DNA of 64,000 nt from an uncultured Hormoscilla sp. (GTDB taxonomy: Bacteria > Cyanobacteriota > Cyanobacteriia > Cyanobacteriales > Desertifilaceae), in NCBI GenBank assembly GCA_963921275.4, contig OZ001293.3, positions 2,240,001 through 2,304,000 of the forward strand, given 5' to 3'. Shown here piece by piece: positions 23,080-33,666 of this stretch (its first letter is position 1; each line of letters opens with the position of its first letter). The notes below the pieces were generated by a model. The model did not search any database, was not told the DNA's origin, and saw only the letters and a program-made list of their open reading frames with translations. The position numbers and the translations under genes are program-made.

Positions 23080-23964
23080 TTATTGTTTGGCCTGACCGTT
23101 CCAGCGAATGCCCAGAAAAATGTCGTACAGAAAGTTCCCCAAATCTTTTGCTTGCAGCAGTCCCAAGGTTTGATGACAGCCTTTAGCATCCAGTAGGGGC
23201 TTGACAGCCTGGTAGGCAGGCTGATATTTGTACCAGGGCATGGAGGGCCAGAGGTGATGAACCAGATGGTAATTCTGTCCGCCAATCAGCAGATTCAGCA
23301 TGGGACTGGGGTAAACTCTGGCATTCTTCCAGCGATCGCGTTCCTGAAAGGGACGATGGGGTAAATAATCGAAAAATAGCCCCAGGACCAGTCCCACCAC
23401 CCCAGCGGGGACAAACCAGAAGTTAAGAATATACCCGATAAAGCCGTAGTGACAAGCAAGCAAGACGATCGACGCTAGGAAAGCCCGACTCAAAAACCAT
23501 TCGAGTAACTCGTACTTACGCCACAGCCGACGCTGGAAGAAGTATACTTCATGGTAAAAGAATCTGGCGTTAATCAGCCAGAGGGGACCGCCAGTGGAGA
23601 CAAAATGATCTGGATCATTTTCAGGGTCGTTGACATGGGCATGATGATGTAGATGTACCCGGGTGAACACCGGAAAGGTAAAACCTAGCATCAGCGCACT
23701 GCCATGTCCTAAAATAGCATTCAGCACGCGGTTAGCATGAGCTACATGATGAGAGGCATCGTGAATTACGGTTCCCACCATGTGTAGGGCAACTACGTTC
23801 AAGCCAAAGCAGCACCAGTCTGGCCAATTCCAACGCCAGTAGCCGCAGGTGGAGAGCACTACCATTCCTACCGCTACCAGAAACATCAGTAAATTGAGAT
23901 TGAAGCCGCCAGTTGGACCGAGAAACTCTTTGGGAACCGTCAGGGGCTTGGTCGCCTCCGACAT
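23080..23964 (-). CDS. crtR: Beta-carotene hydroxylase
   Basis: HDASH, HLHHH, DYLPH, QNYHLVHHL histidine boxes. Confidence 0.92.
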   Translation of the reverse strand: MSEATKPLTVPKEFLGPTGGFNLNLLMFLVAVGMVVLSTCGYWRWNWPDWCCFGLNVVALHMVGTVIHDASHHVAHANRVLNAILGHGSALMLGFTFPVFTRVHLHHHAHVNDPENDPDHFVSTGGPLWLINARFFYHEVYFFQRRLWRKYELLEWFLSRAFLASIVLLACHYGFIGYILNFWFVPAGVVGLVLGLFFDYLPHRPFQERDRWKNARVYPSPMLNLLIGGQNYHLVHHLWPSMPWYKYQPAYQAVKPLLDAKGCHQTLGLLQAKDLGNFLYDIFLGIRWNGQAKQ

Positions 23965-25001
23965 TATTTTATACTCCTGATGATGTATATTATTACTTGG
24001 GTAGTATAGGATATTCTTGATAAATTGTAAAGTTTTGTGATGTGAGCTGACAACATCTACAGCTGGCTGCGGTTCGCCCGTGGTTATACGGCCGTCAGCT
24101 TAAATCACCAATTAATATCATGTCGGGTTGAATGCACCTGATTAAGCGGCCTTGATTTTTGGCCACCAATGATATAAGGTCAACCCCTCAATTAACTCTT
24201 GCTGTTGGAGTAATTGGCGACATCGCTCAACCGGTGTCTTCCACCTCATCAATGCTATTAAACGCTTTGTTGGCTAAAGGTTCATCGATTAATGGCCATA
24301 ACCGCTCAGCTGGTTGCAACTCTGGTGAATAGGGGGGCAGGGGGAACAGGTGAATCCCTTCAGGCACCTGGAGCTTTTCCGTCATATGCTAGCTAGCCTG
24401 GTGGAGAGGGAGAATTACCCGTTTATCTTTGCCAACTTGGAAATGATAGGCAAAGTCTTCGAGCACCGCAGCGAATAGCTGGCTATTCACCTCGGGAAGA
24501 AGCCACCAGTATCTCCTGTTTGGGGTTGGACAAAACCGTACAACCACAACCATTCCCGTTTCCAGTTGACCTTGGCAATCGGCACTGAGAGTGCTTCTAC
24601 CCAGACAGGGCGAGTCACTGGCTGCAATCCGATGGGATGTTCATCTTCTGCCCAAATCTCGACGGTAGCTTCGGAATTGACTGTTGAATCCGTTCCACCT
24701 CTACGAGCAGTTTTTTTTGCCATTCAGACTGAACTTCCTCTACCGCCTCAATATGCTCAGGACGCGGCACTCTTAAACGAAACCCCATCGGCTTAAGATC
24801 TACCCACCCTTGTTGCCAGCTAATACAGATACCAAAGGCATCCCTCAAGTAGTCACAGACAGAGGCGCCCATTCCAAAGACCTCCATCGGGGGCGAGCCC
24901 ACAGCAATTGGGCCTGTTGTATATCATCGAGTTTCGAGTGCGATTCGTTCTAGCCTAACGTGGTCAAACACGGAACGCTGGTCTAGGAAACTAGAAACTC
25001 T

Positions 25002-25872
25002 GGATGGGGTCGAGCCGGGAATCGCTTCCCGACCCTCCCTTGAGGAACCGGACTTGCGATTTTCACCGCATCCGGCTACTGGGTACTAGGCCCTTTTCAT
25101 AGGTAGACTTAATAGGAATTACTTCCGTTAGCCCTTGCCGCCTATCTTTTCTTCCCTTTCCTGGTTTAGCGAGTGGTTGTTCTGATAACCGTTAGTATCA
25201 CCATTTTCAAGTCAGTTTTACCAGTTATCCATACCTTATCCTCCACTTGCGTTTCGGATTAGTTCCGTGGCTTTTTAGGATTACTCATTCCAGCAGCTTC
25301 CTAGTATCACCGACCCACGTCAGCGCTGGCTACCCAGCATCATCTACATTACTGTAGATGTTATCCCAGGAATTACCCCGGGCATTCGCTTCTTGGGCCA
25401 TCCCTCCCCCCGTGGCTTGCGCTTAACATCTAACTTGTCCTGATGGACAGCACACGAGAGGTTACTTCGTTCCCTAACAACATTTCGCGATACCTTTAGG
25501 TCCACACTATACCCCGGGAGCTATTTGAGTACTATATTAGCCAGAGTCTAAAACTAATACTAGCTACCATTTCCTTTTTAGGCCAGCGCATATAGCCTTA
25601 TTTCGCTGGTTCCTTATAACGAGGCTTGCACATGTTTGCCTGCTCTAACCTTGGATATCTTTCCTAGCGGCGTCACCGGCTTAGGCTGCCAGTTATCCTA
25701 CATTTGAGTCCTCGCTTAGCACCACGATGATGTCGCTTCGTAGCACCGAGGACCGGTGTCACCCCCGTACCTGGGGGGAGGGGAATTTAACCCCCATGCG
25801 GTCAGAGTTCCCGGCTAATGAAACCGGGCTAGCGTTCCGTGTTTGACCACGTTAGGCTAGAACGAATCGCAC
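25002..25872 (-). ncRNA. ORF-less group II intron B (antisense within intron A)
   Basis: GTGCG...DV/DVI. Nearly identical to 45937-46806. Confidence 0.93.
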
Positions 25873-25896
25873 AGTACTCATGAGGGTTAGATTCCC

Positions 25897-26653
25897 GTGC
25901 GATGAGTTCCAGCCTAACGTAGTCATATACGGAACGCTGGCCTAGGAAACTAGGAACTCTGGTAATCATGGGGGTTTAATTCCCCCTCCCCAGGTACAGG
26001 GGTAACACCGGTTGGAGGCGCTGCGAAATAACATCGTCGTGGTGCTAAGCGAGGACTCAAATGTAGGATAGCTGGCAGCCCAAGCCAGTGAGGACGCTAG
26101 GAAAGATGTCCATGGCTAGAACAAGCGAACCTATGTAAACCTCGTTAAACCCAACCAGCGAAATAAGGCTTAATGCGCTGGAACAAAAGTTAATGCAGTT
26201 AGTGTTAATTAGGGAATTGGCTAACATTGTACCCAAATAACTGCCGGGGAAAAGTAGGGGCCTAAAGGCATCGTGAAATGATACCAGGGAACGAAGTAAC
26301 CCTTCGTGTGCTGTCCTAAAGGACCAGTCAGATGTGAAGCGCAAGCCGCGAGTGGGAAAGATGGCCTAAGAAGCAAATGCCCGGAGTAATGCCTGGGATA
26401 TGCAGACGTAGGTCGGTGATAGTTGGAAGTCTTGGGTAAAAGTAGCCCTAAATATGCCTACAGCTCGGGGGAAACCTGTCAGAGATGGATAAGCTCAAGG
26501 GGCCAAATCTCATGAGACGAGGGACAACGGGAGTAATCCCGAAGTTACCTACCAGTGACAAGGACCAACTACCCAGTAGCCGTGTGCGGTGAAAGTCGCA
26601 TGCACGGTTCCGAACGGGAGGGTTGTCCCGCGAGGGACAGCTCGACCCCTAAT
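25897..26653 (+). ncRNA. ORF-less group II intron C (sense within intron A)
   Basis: GTGCGATGAG start, DV at about 26577-26610, end ACCCCTAAT. Confidence 0.93.
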
Positions 26654-27637
26654 TCTCCCCAGGCACGGGGGTAACACCGGTTGGAGGTGCTGCGGAGTAA
26701 CATCGCCGTGGTGCTAAGCGAGAACTTAAATGTAGGATAGCTGATAGCCTAAATCGGCGACGCCGCGCTTGTTAGATGTCCAAGGTCAGAATAAGCGAAT
26801 TCATGAAATGATACTAGGGAACGAAGTAACCTCTCATGAGCTGTCCTCATTTGGACAAGTTAGATGTAAAACGGAAGCCATGAGGGGAGAGATGGCCCAA
26901 GAAGCAAAAGCCTGGGGTAATTCCTATGGATACGCTGACGTGGGTCGGTGATAGATAGAGTCTTTGGGTGAAAGTAACCTTAATGTTTTAGATCAGGAGA
27001 AATCCTAGATAATGAATGTTGGACTAAAGACCTGACCGGGTAAAACTTGGAGAACCTAGTAAATTAGGTAAATGTTAGTAAAGAGCGGTTAAAATGGGTT
27101 GGTACTGTTATCCCCCGCGAACCTTCCGGAGTTAGGCATATATGTAGTCTGAGACTAACCATAAGGGGTGAAATTGCATGAAGAAAGGGACAAAGGGAGT
27201 AATTCTGAGTAATTATACTTAGGACAAAGGCTATCTACCCAGTAGCCGTGTGCGGTGAAAGTCGCTCTTCAGGTTCCGAAAGGGAGGGTTGGGAGGTGAC
27301 TCCTAGCTCGACCCCAACTCTGCTTTCCCCAGCATTGTGACGCCGTAAATCTCCCAACGCAGCTACAAGAAATGCGGTTGTAACTACGAACCAGCTCGTA
27401 AATCCAATCCCGACTGTAGCCCGTCACCGCTGCTACTTCCTCTCGGGGTCGGCCTTGGGCTAATAACCAGATGATTTGATAATGTGAGCGCTCAATCGGA
27501 TGAGAAGTCTGACGGTAGCGTTGTTCCAATTCCTCAACTGTGAGATGGGAGAAAATACTGATGCGTTTGGGCATTACCAGTGTACCAGGAGGGGACTATT
27601 CTATATTAGGTGCATTCAACCCGACATGATATAACAA

Positions 27638-28837
27638 TTAAGATAAGCCAAATCTTGTCGGAGACATCTGAGGGATAAAGTCATCGGGAACTCCGCCAGC
27701 CATATGGTTAGCAAATCTCTGGGCAATGGGTGGCACAAATACCATTGGATAAGTGAAACTGGAGAAGACATGAATGCCTATCATCCCAGGAATAGGACCA
27801 ACGGAAGGCAGCATATCCCCACTAAAGGCGACTAAGCAGCTGTGCCAAGTTCCTGCTAGCTGTCCTAAAGCTGGTAAAATCTTCCCTACATGGGTACGAA
27901 TAGCGGCTTCACTGGCAGCTGAGTCTACTTTAGCCTCCGGGTCAGTCAATACTCGACTCATCTGACCTAACCTGATACTACCATCAAGGAACTGAACTGC
28001 ACCAGGATCGAGAATTGGTGGTACGGGTTCGTGCCCCGGGTAGTCCCACAAGCTGTCAACTTCGCAGGCTTTGGCTTCTAAGCCATACCGCTGTAAATTA
28101 ACTGGCATTACAATTGTTCTCAGCTGAATCGGGACAGGTGCAATCTCAATCAGTTCGGCGTGGGTGAAATACAATCGTACTGAAATCCCAGCAACTTTTA
28201 GCATCCGGCGCGAAAAACCACCAGCACAGATAACGGTATTGGCACTGTAATAGCTTCCCCTATCTGTAATTACCCCAGTGATGCGACTTCCATCTCTTAC
28301 TAAGTCCCGCACTTTAGTAATTTCCATCGCGCCGCCATTTCTTCTCATTGCTTCCCAGTAGCCTTTGGCCGTTGCTTGGGGATTGATGTGACCAATCTTG
28401 ACAGTTAAAGCACCACTAATTGCATCTGGATTTAGCAGCGGTTCCCAGCTACAAGCTTCTGCAGTAGATAGTAACTGTGGTTTGATGGCACAGTGCTCAT
28501 ATTCAGCGAGAACAGCTTGGGGGTTATCATCCCTGTCAATGGTTAAGAGCAAGTCTAACTCGCGGAACTCGGTATCAGCGCCTAATTCTGCTGAGAGGAT
28601 CTGATGACGTTCTTTTCCTTCAAGACATAGTTGCCTGGTAATATCAGAAGTACCAGACCAGTAAGCAAGAGTTCCATAACTATAACGAGTGGCATTTTCA
28701 GGTGTTGCCTGTTGTTCTATTAGCAGTACATAAAAGCCTTTTTTCACGAGTTCGTATCCTAGGGCCGCACCAGTAATGCCTGCACCGACCACGATCCAAT
28801 CGTAAGTTTTCATATAAGTTTTTATAGTTGCTACCAC
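27638..28837 (-). CDS. FAD-dependent oxidoreductase (DAO family)
   Basis: WIVVGAGITG dinucleotide-binding motif. Intact 399-aa ORF. Confidence 0.88.
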   Translation of the reverse strand: MVATIKTYMKTYDWIVVGAGITGAALGYELVKKGFYVLLIEQQATPENATRYSYGTLAYWSGTSDITRQLCLEGKERHQILSAELGADTEFRELDLLLTIDRDDNPQAVLAEYEHCAIKPQLLSTAEACSWEPLLNPDAISGALTVKIGHINPQATAKGYWEAMRRNGGAMEITKVRDLVRDGSRITGVITDRGSYYSANTVICAGGFSRRMLKVAGISVRLYFTHAELIEIAPVPIQLRTIVMPVNLQRYGLEAKACEVDSLWDYPGHEPVPPILDPGAVQFLDGSIRLGQMSRVLTDPEAKVDSAASEAAIRTHVGKILPALGQLAGTWHSCLVAFSGDMLPSVGPIPGMIGIHVFSSFTYPMVFVPPIAQRFANHMAGGVPDDFIPQMSPTRFGLS

Positions 28838-29049
28838 TTTTGATCGTAATTAGTCACCAGTATCACTTGACTGCGGTGTCTCCTGGGAGCTCGATGTCCC
28901 CCCTCCAGGAGACACGGCGGAGACATCGTAGTCGCACATGCATAGGAGACACCGCAGCGTGATATAAAATTATCACGCATGTCAAGTGATACTGCGTGCG
29001 GGTGTGGCAATGACACCCTGAGATTATAGCACGGCGGCAACCCGCAGAA

Positions 29050-29735
29050 TTAAGGCGCTGTGTCTCCCGAAAGACACAGTAGGGGCGATGATAATGTCAA
29101 CTTTGTCGAAAACTTCTCGCAGGCGATCGCGATACCAGGTACGAAACCGCTGGGCTTGAATATACCAGCTAGCGGGAATGGGGGCGTGATGCAAAAGTCT
29201 GCTAAATGCAGATTAGCACCTTCACTAGCAGTAATTATATAAGCTGCCGCCCGGGCCCGGGCAGATCTTTGAACAGGTACGAAAATCAACCACCTGGACC
29301 TTTGACGCCCAAAGCAGTAGCTGCTCACTGCTGTCATGACTTCGGGTTGCGCGGCGAAAATATGAGTCTGCACTGCCATGGGAATACCTTCAATGCCCTG
29401 GGATGATTGGGGTAACACTGGGTTACCAGGGATATCTCTACAAACCGGATCTCTAGGATCTGGTCCTGGCAGCGCATCAAAAGCGGTAGCAATATCCCGG
29501 ACCGATCGGGCAAAGGGTCCAATCTGGTCTAAATTACTAGAAAGTAGCATAGTCCCAGCCCGTGACGGGCGTCCGTAGGTAGGTTTGAACCATAAATGCT
29601 GCACAAAGCAGCTGGGACGCGGATGGAACCATTAGTATCGGAACCAAGAGTCAGAGGTACTAACCCAGCTGCTACCGCCGCCGCCGTTCGCGTAGCGTGG
29701 CGTAAGCCATATTGCCCGAGGAACTTCCGGCTATT
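29050..29735 (-). pseudogene. Amidase (AtzE-like), central fragment
   Basis: [30 protein letters not shown] motifs. The N-terminal part lies at 32283-32492. Confidence 0.8.
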
Positions 29736-29739
29736 CTAG

Positions 29740-30150
29740 TAAGTAGTCAGACAAAATTAATTACATAGTTTTCACCAAATTATTTGATATTTTTTTCAAC
29801 AGATGCAACTAATTTTTTCCAGCAAGAATAAGCATCTATTTCCAGCCATTCGTATTTAATAAACTGCCACAAAATTTCAATGAAATTAAACTGAGGGGAA
29901 TAAGTAGGGAGGAGAAAAAGTGTAATATTGCGTTCTTGCCATTCTTCAAGTTTATCTTTAATAGCATTACTAGTATGAACAAGCGATGATGCATGGTCTG
30001 CGACAATCACTGTCAGCTTTTCCATCTTCCTAGGGAAAAACGCATCAATACGAGCAATAACTACATCGGAATTAATACTTTGAGTATATCTATAAGATTC
30101 TAATTGATTGTGTCCATAATTCTCAATACATTTAATCTGCGACTACGACT
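29740..30150 (-). mobile_element. IS630-family transposase remnant
   Basis: LPTYSPQFNFIEILWQFIKYEW motif. Confidence 0.8.
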
Positions 30151-31394
30151 TAAGTCAATAGTCCGGACAATTTTGAGAATAATTTTTATAATTCACTGTT
30201 GTTAATATCCAGTCATCGTTATACATATGTAACACTCCTGGGATAGTCTCGGAGAGTCTTCTAGTCTTACTGATGGAAACAGTAGGCCATTTTTACAAAC
30301 CCCTTGCCAGGTTTTTGACCATTGATAACCACCATTTTCGTGGCTGTTAGCCGTTGTTAACTACACTCTCCCCCTCGTCGGTACTGCCATTTGTCAACCT
30401 AGCGCTGCGCGCACACGGCTACGCCTGCGCGATCGCACTACCCCGATGTGCTCTGCGCGCTCGATGTCCCTGGGGTGGTGCTTCTAGCGCTCCCGGGGGA
30501 TATTGTATTCGCTCTGCGCAGAGCACATCGCAGAGACATCGTTGTGCAATTGGGGTTACACTCCTTGCAGCGAACTGCTCGCTGCTGTGAGGCTAACCGA
30601 GATGTCTCCTGTGTGCCGTATGGACCCTGGGACAAGAGCACTGGCAGAGATATCGAAAAGTAAGAAGTGCATCGGACCACAGAAAAGAAGGGGAAGGTTT
30701 TATCGATGCTACAGGCTACGCTGGTAAGGTCGATAAAACTTTTCTCAGTCGCTTTCAGTTCCTTAAGACCCGCATTGGACGGCGTCTAGCAGGAGAGAGC
30801 GATTTCTTTTGGATATTGACAATAAGATGCGATCGCATTTCGGCAGAGGCGCCCTTGTTCCAGATTGAATTCATTTTCCGCTCGGGGGCGTCAGTTTACT
30901 GGGCTTGCCCATTGTCAGGCACCCTCACGACTAAGCAGGAGATTCTCATGTCGATGTCTCCTGTGTGCCGTATGGACCCTGGGACAAGAGTAAGGGGCAG
31001 TGATATCTTTCACGGCCAGTCCGGAAAGCCAAAACGGCAAGACAACAGTCAAGGGCCAGCAACCTGTGTCCCAAGACATGCATGAGATACTATCGTCTCA
31101 TGCATGTCTTGGGACACAGTCACGGAGTATAGTTTCGAATCTTGCCTTTTCTAAAGGCGCTTCACAGAGCGTATGCATGAACTTATTTATTTCCTTGGCT
31201 CCTCCAAGGAAAGATTAAGTCTCACAAAGATGTCTCCCCAACAGTTGTGCTTTTAGCGCGCTGCCGAAACGTGGGTAGTGCTCAACCGCGCTCCCACGTT
31301 TCGGCAACTCCAGGAGACTTCGAAGGAACTACCAGAACCTGCTTGCCTACGGGGCCATAGCCTCCTAATTTTGTCCGGAGTATTGTCAAGGAGA

Positions 31395-32170
31395 GTGATT
31401 TTGTCCGGAGTATTGTCAAAGAGAGTGATTGCACTTTCTACATCATTGAGCCATAACAATGCTTCCGCTCTCTTCAAGAGTTTAATCGAACTTTCTAATT
31501 TTTAGGGATTTTCTATGAGATGATTCCAGTCTAATATCTCGCAACGTTGCGTTTCATTGCTGATTTAACTTTCATATATTCCAAATACTATTATGATTAT
31601 ATCCTAAACAAATAATGGGCTTTGATAATGGCTGTTCATTTACCCACTGTACTAATTTTTTATTTTCGTGAAAAAATGCTTCAACGCTATGGTTGTGCAG
31701 GTTAACGGTTTTATAATCTCTCTATTCACAGGGTTGACATGACTGGTGTACGCAGTCGTACTTTTCCACTGTCAATACTCATCTCTTTTTTCACTTGACT
31801 GCGGTAAGGAAAATTCCTGGCGCTGAACTAATCGTTGTTGAGTGCTATGTTCAACAGTAATTCCTGTTAATATAATAATATCTTGTTCGGCCCTAGGATT
31901 CATTGGCACTTAATAATAAGCAACACTTCTCTAAATCCGGACTGAGAAGAGTGTTTTTTTAACTTGTAGTTTCTCTGCTTGTTTTTCGGGAATTTTCAAG
32001 TTGCTAATAATTCTTTTCACAATTCGGGTACGTCCCGCAGTTGTTTCTGTTTTGGCTTGAATGTTATACCTGATAATGAACTTTTACTATACTATGTTAA
32101 CCCAGTTCCGTAAAGAAGAGGGATAAATATCCGAAAACTGTTCGAGAATTCGCAAATCTTCTCTCATGTT
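31395..32170 (-). mobile_element. ISKra4-like transposase remnant
   Basis: Degenerate HSTQQRLV, SIDSGKVRLRTP, EILDWNHL, AEALLW segments. Confidence 0.7.
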
Positions 32171-32282
32171 CTAGCGTAAGCATTTATGCTCATTGCCTGG
32201 TATGCACCCTGCGCATCGCACATCGCTGAGATATCGTAGTCGCACAAAAGGGGAGGCATCGTACTCGCACATGCATAGGAGA

Positions 32283-32492
32283 CACCGCTGGCTCATTTCC
32301 CGCTGCTACCGCCTGATCGATTGCCTCGGCAGCCGCAATTGCTGTATCGTTAGTGATGGCGGTAAGGCTGTTGAGTGTTTTATTATTGGTAGCAATGCGC
32401 CACAAAGCAGGGGTTCGTAGTAAGCACTTTAGTGCTTGCCTGGGTTCTACGTGAAGACACATTTTACGGCTTGCCTGGGGGTGGAGACCCAT
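32283..32492 (-). pseudogene. Amidase N-terminal fragment
   Basis: LNSLTAIT..AIAAAEAIDQAVAAG, ended by a palindromic element. Confidence 0.7.
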
Positions 32493-32668
32493 TGATTGTA
32501 GAATATACTAACTCAAATGAGGATTGAAAGCAAACGGATCCTGACAATGATTAATCTTTCGTCAGCAATTATCACCACAGCGATTTCAAGTTAAAAATTA
32601 TTTCTTCAAAATGAAATTTTTACAACTGACAACTAACCACTGACAATTAACGACTGACAACTGACAAC

Positions 32669-32918
32669 AAAAATCATGCATTGGAGTCGAGTAAAGTTTG
32701 CAAGGTAGCGATAAGGTTGTTTAAATCTAAAGGCTTACTCAAATAAGCAGCGGCTTCAGCAGCAAAACAAGGATCGCGAGGGTGCATCTCCTTAAAAATC
32801 ATGCATTGGAGTCGAGTAAAGTTTGCAAGGTAGCGATAAGGTTGTTTAAATCTAAAGGCTTACTCAAATAAGCAGCGGCTTCAGCAGCAAAACAAGGATC
32901 GCGAGGGTGCATCTCCTT
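32669..32918. repeat. Perfect 125-bp tandem duplication
   Basis: 32669-32793 is identical to 32794-32918. Contains the receiver C-terminus and an IS end. Confidence 0.93.
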
Positions 32919-33666
32919 CGCTAAGTACAAATACTGAGATTTCAGAGAGAGGCTTTGAGGATAATCTATAAAAGCACTTTTCATCTTGGTAGTAGTCATG
33001 AACCCAGAAATCCAAGCCCAATTGAAGCCTATGCTCAAGCCCGGAAGCGGGCCGACTCCATGAGCAAGCTTTGGCTACCGTACCGGAGCAACTCACACCG
33101 GAGCAACTTACCACTCTTGAAGGTATCGAAGCCACGGTCCGCTCTCTTGTTCTCCAATATGTCAGCTCTGAAATCGCCCTTTTTTGATCGCCAAGGAGAG
33201 CGGGACAAGCGCAGGACACTTTAGCACTGTCAAGAGCTTTGTAGGGGAACTGAAGCTCACCAGTCAGCAAGCACAGTATTTTGAGGTCAAAGCCTATAGT
33301 CAGTGGAGTCCTTACCTAAAGTAATGTTGCCTAGAGTTGAGTGGGAACTCATCTGATGAACAATTGGCAAGGCAAATCAAGTTACTGACGGGGATGAAAG
33401 TCGGATCGAGGGACACGGCAGCGACTGGTGCAGCGTGATGATTTTCCCGAAGGGCAAGCGTCACACCCCGTGCAGGCATTAACTGCGGATGGATCAGGGC
33501 AAGTCGAATCAACAGTAGGCCGAGGGGCAAGGGTGAAGTTATCTGGAGCACAGTGGAAGGAGGAGAATGTCTCCCAGGTGTTACGACATTGTTGTGCTTG
33601 CTTGAACGGAGTTTTTACAGCACTCACTATGAGTAATAATACTTACCTAACTACTGGGATGCACCC
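32905..33666 (+). mobile_element. Internally deleted ISKra4-like element
   Basis: TIRs GGGTGCATCTC / GGGATGCACCC, 8-bp target duplication GATCGCGA, remnants MNPEIQAQ.. and RVKLSGAQWK..LNG. Confidence 0.85.

Larger units (their letters stand above)
24938..27319 (+). ncRNA. ORF-less group II intron A (host), interrupted twice and lacking its EBS region
   Basis: GTGCG start, DV AGCCGTGTGCGGTGAAAGTCGC and DVI end ACCCCAACT. Segments 24938-25001, 25873-25896 and 26654-27319 join to align with intron D. Confidence 0.9.
24116..27631 (-). mobile_element. IS630-family element (degenerate) hosting nested introns
   Basis: Inverted ends TATCATGTCGGGTTGAATGCACCT at both sides with terminal TA. Transposase motifs ERSHYQIIWLL, WAEDEH and PYSPELQPAE. 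Confidence 0.9.

Noticed and set aside
26057..26951. Short ORFs inside the introns (also 46182-46367)
   Set aside because: They overlap conserved ribozyme domains and have no RT motifs.
30354..31218. Small ORFs
   Set aside because: They are largely composed of palindromic elements and decayed fragments.
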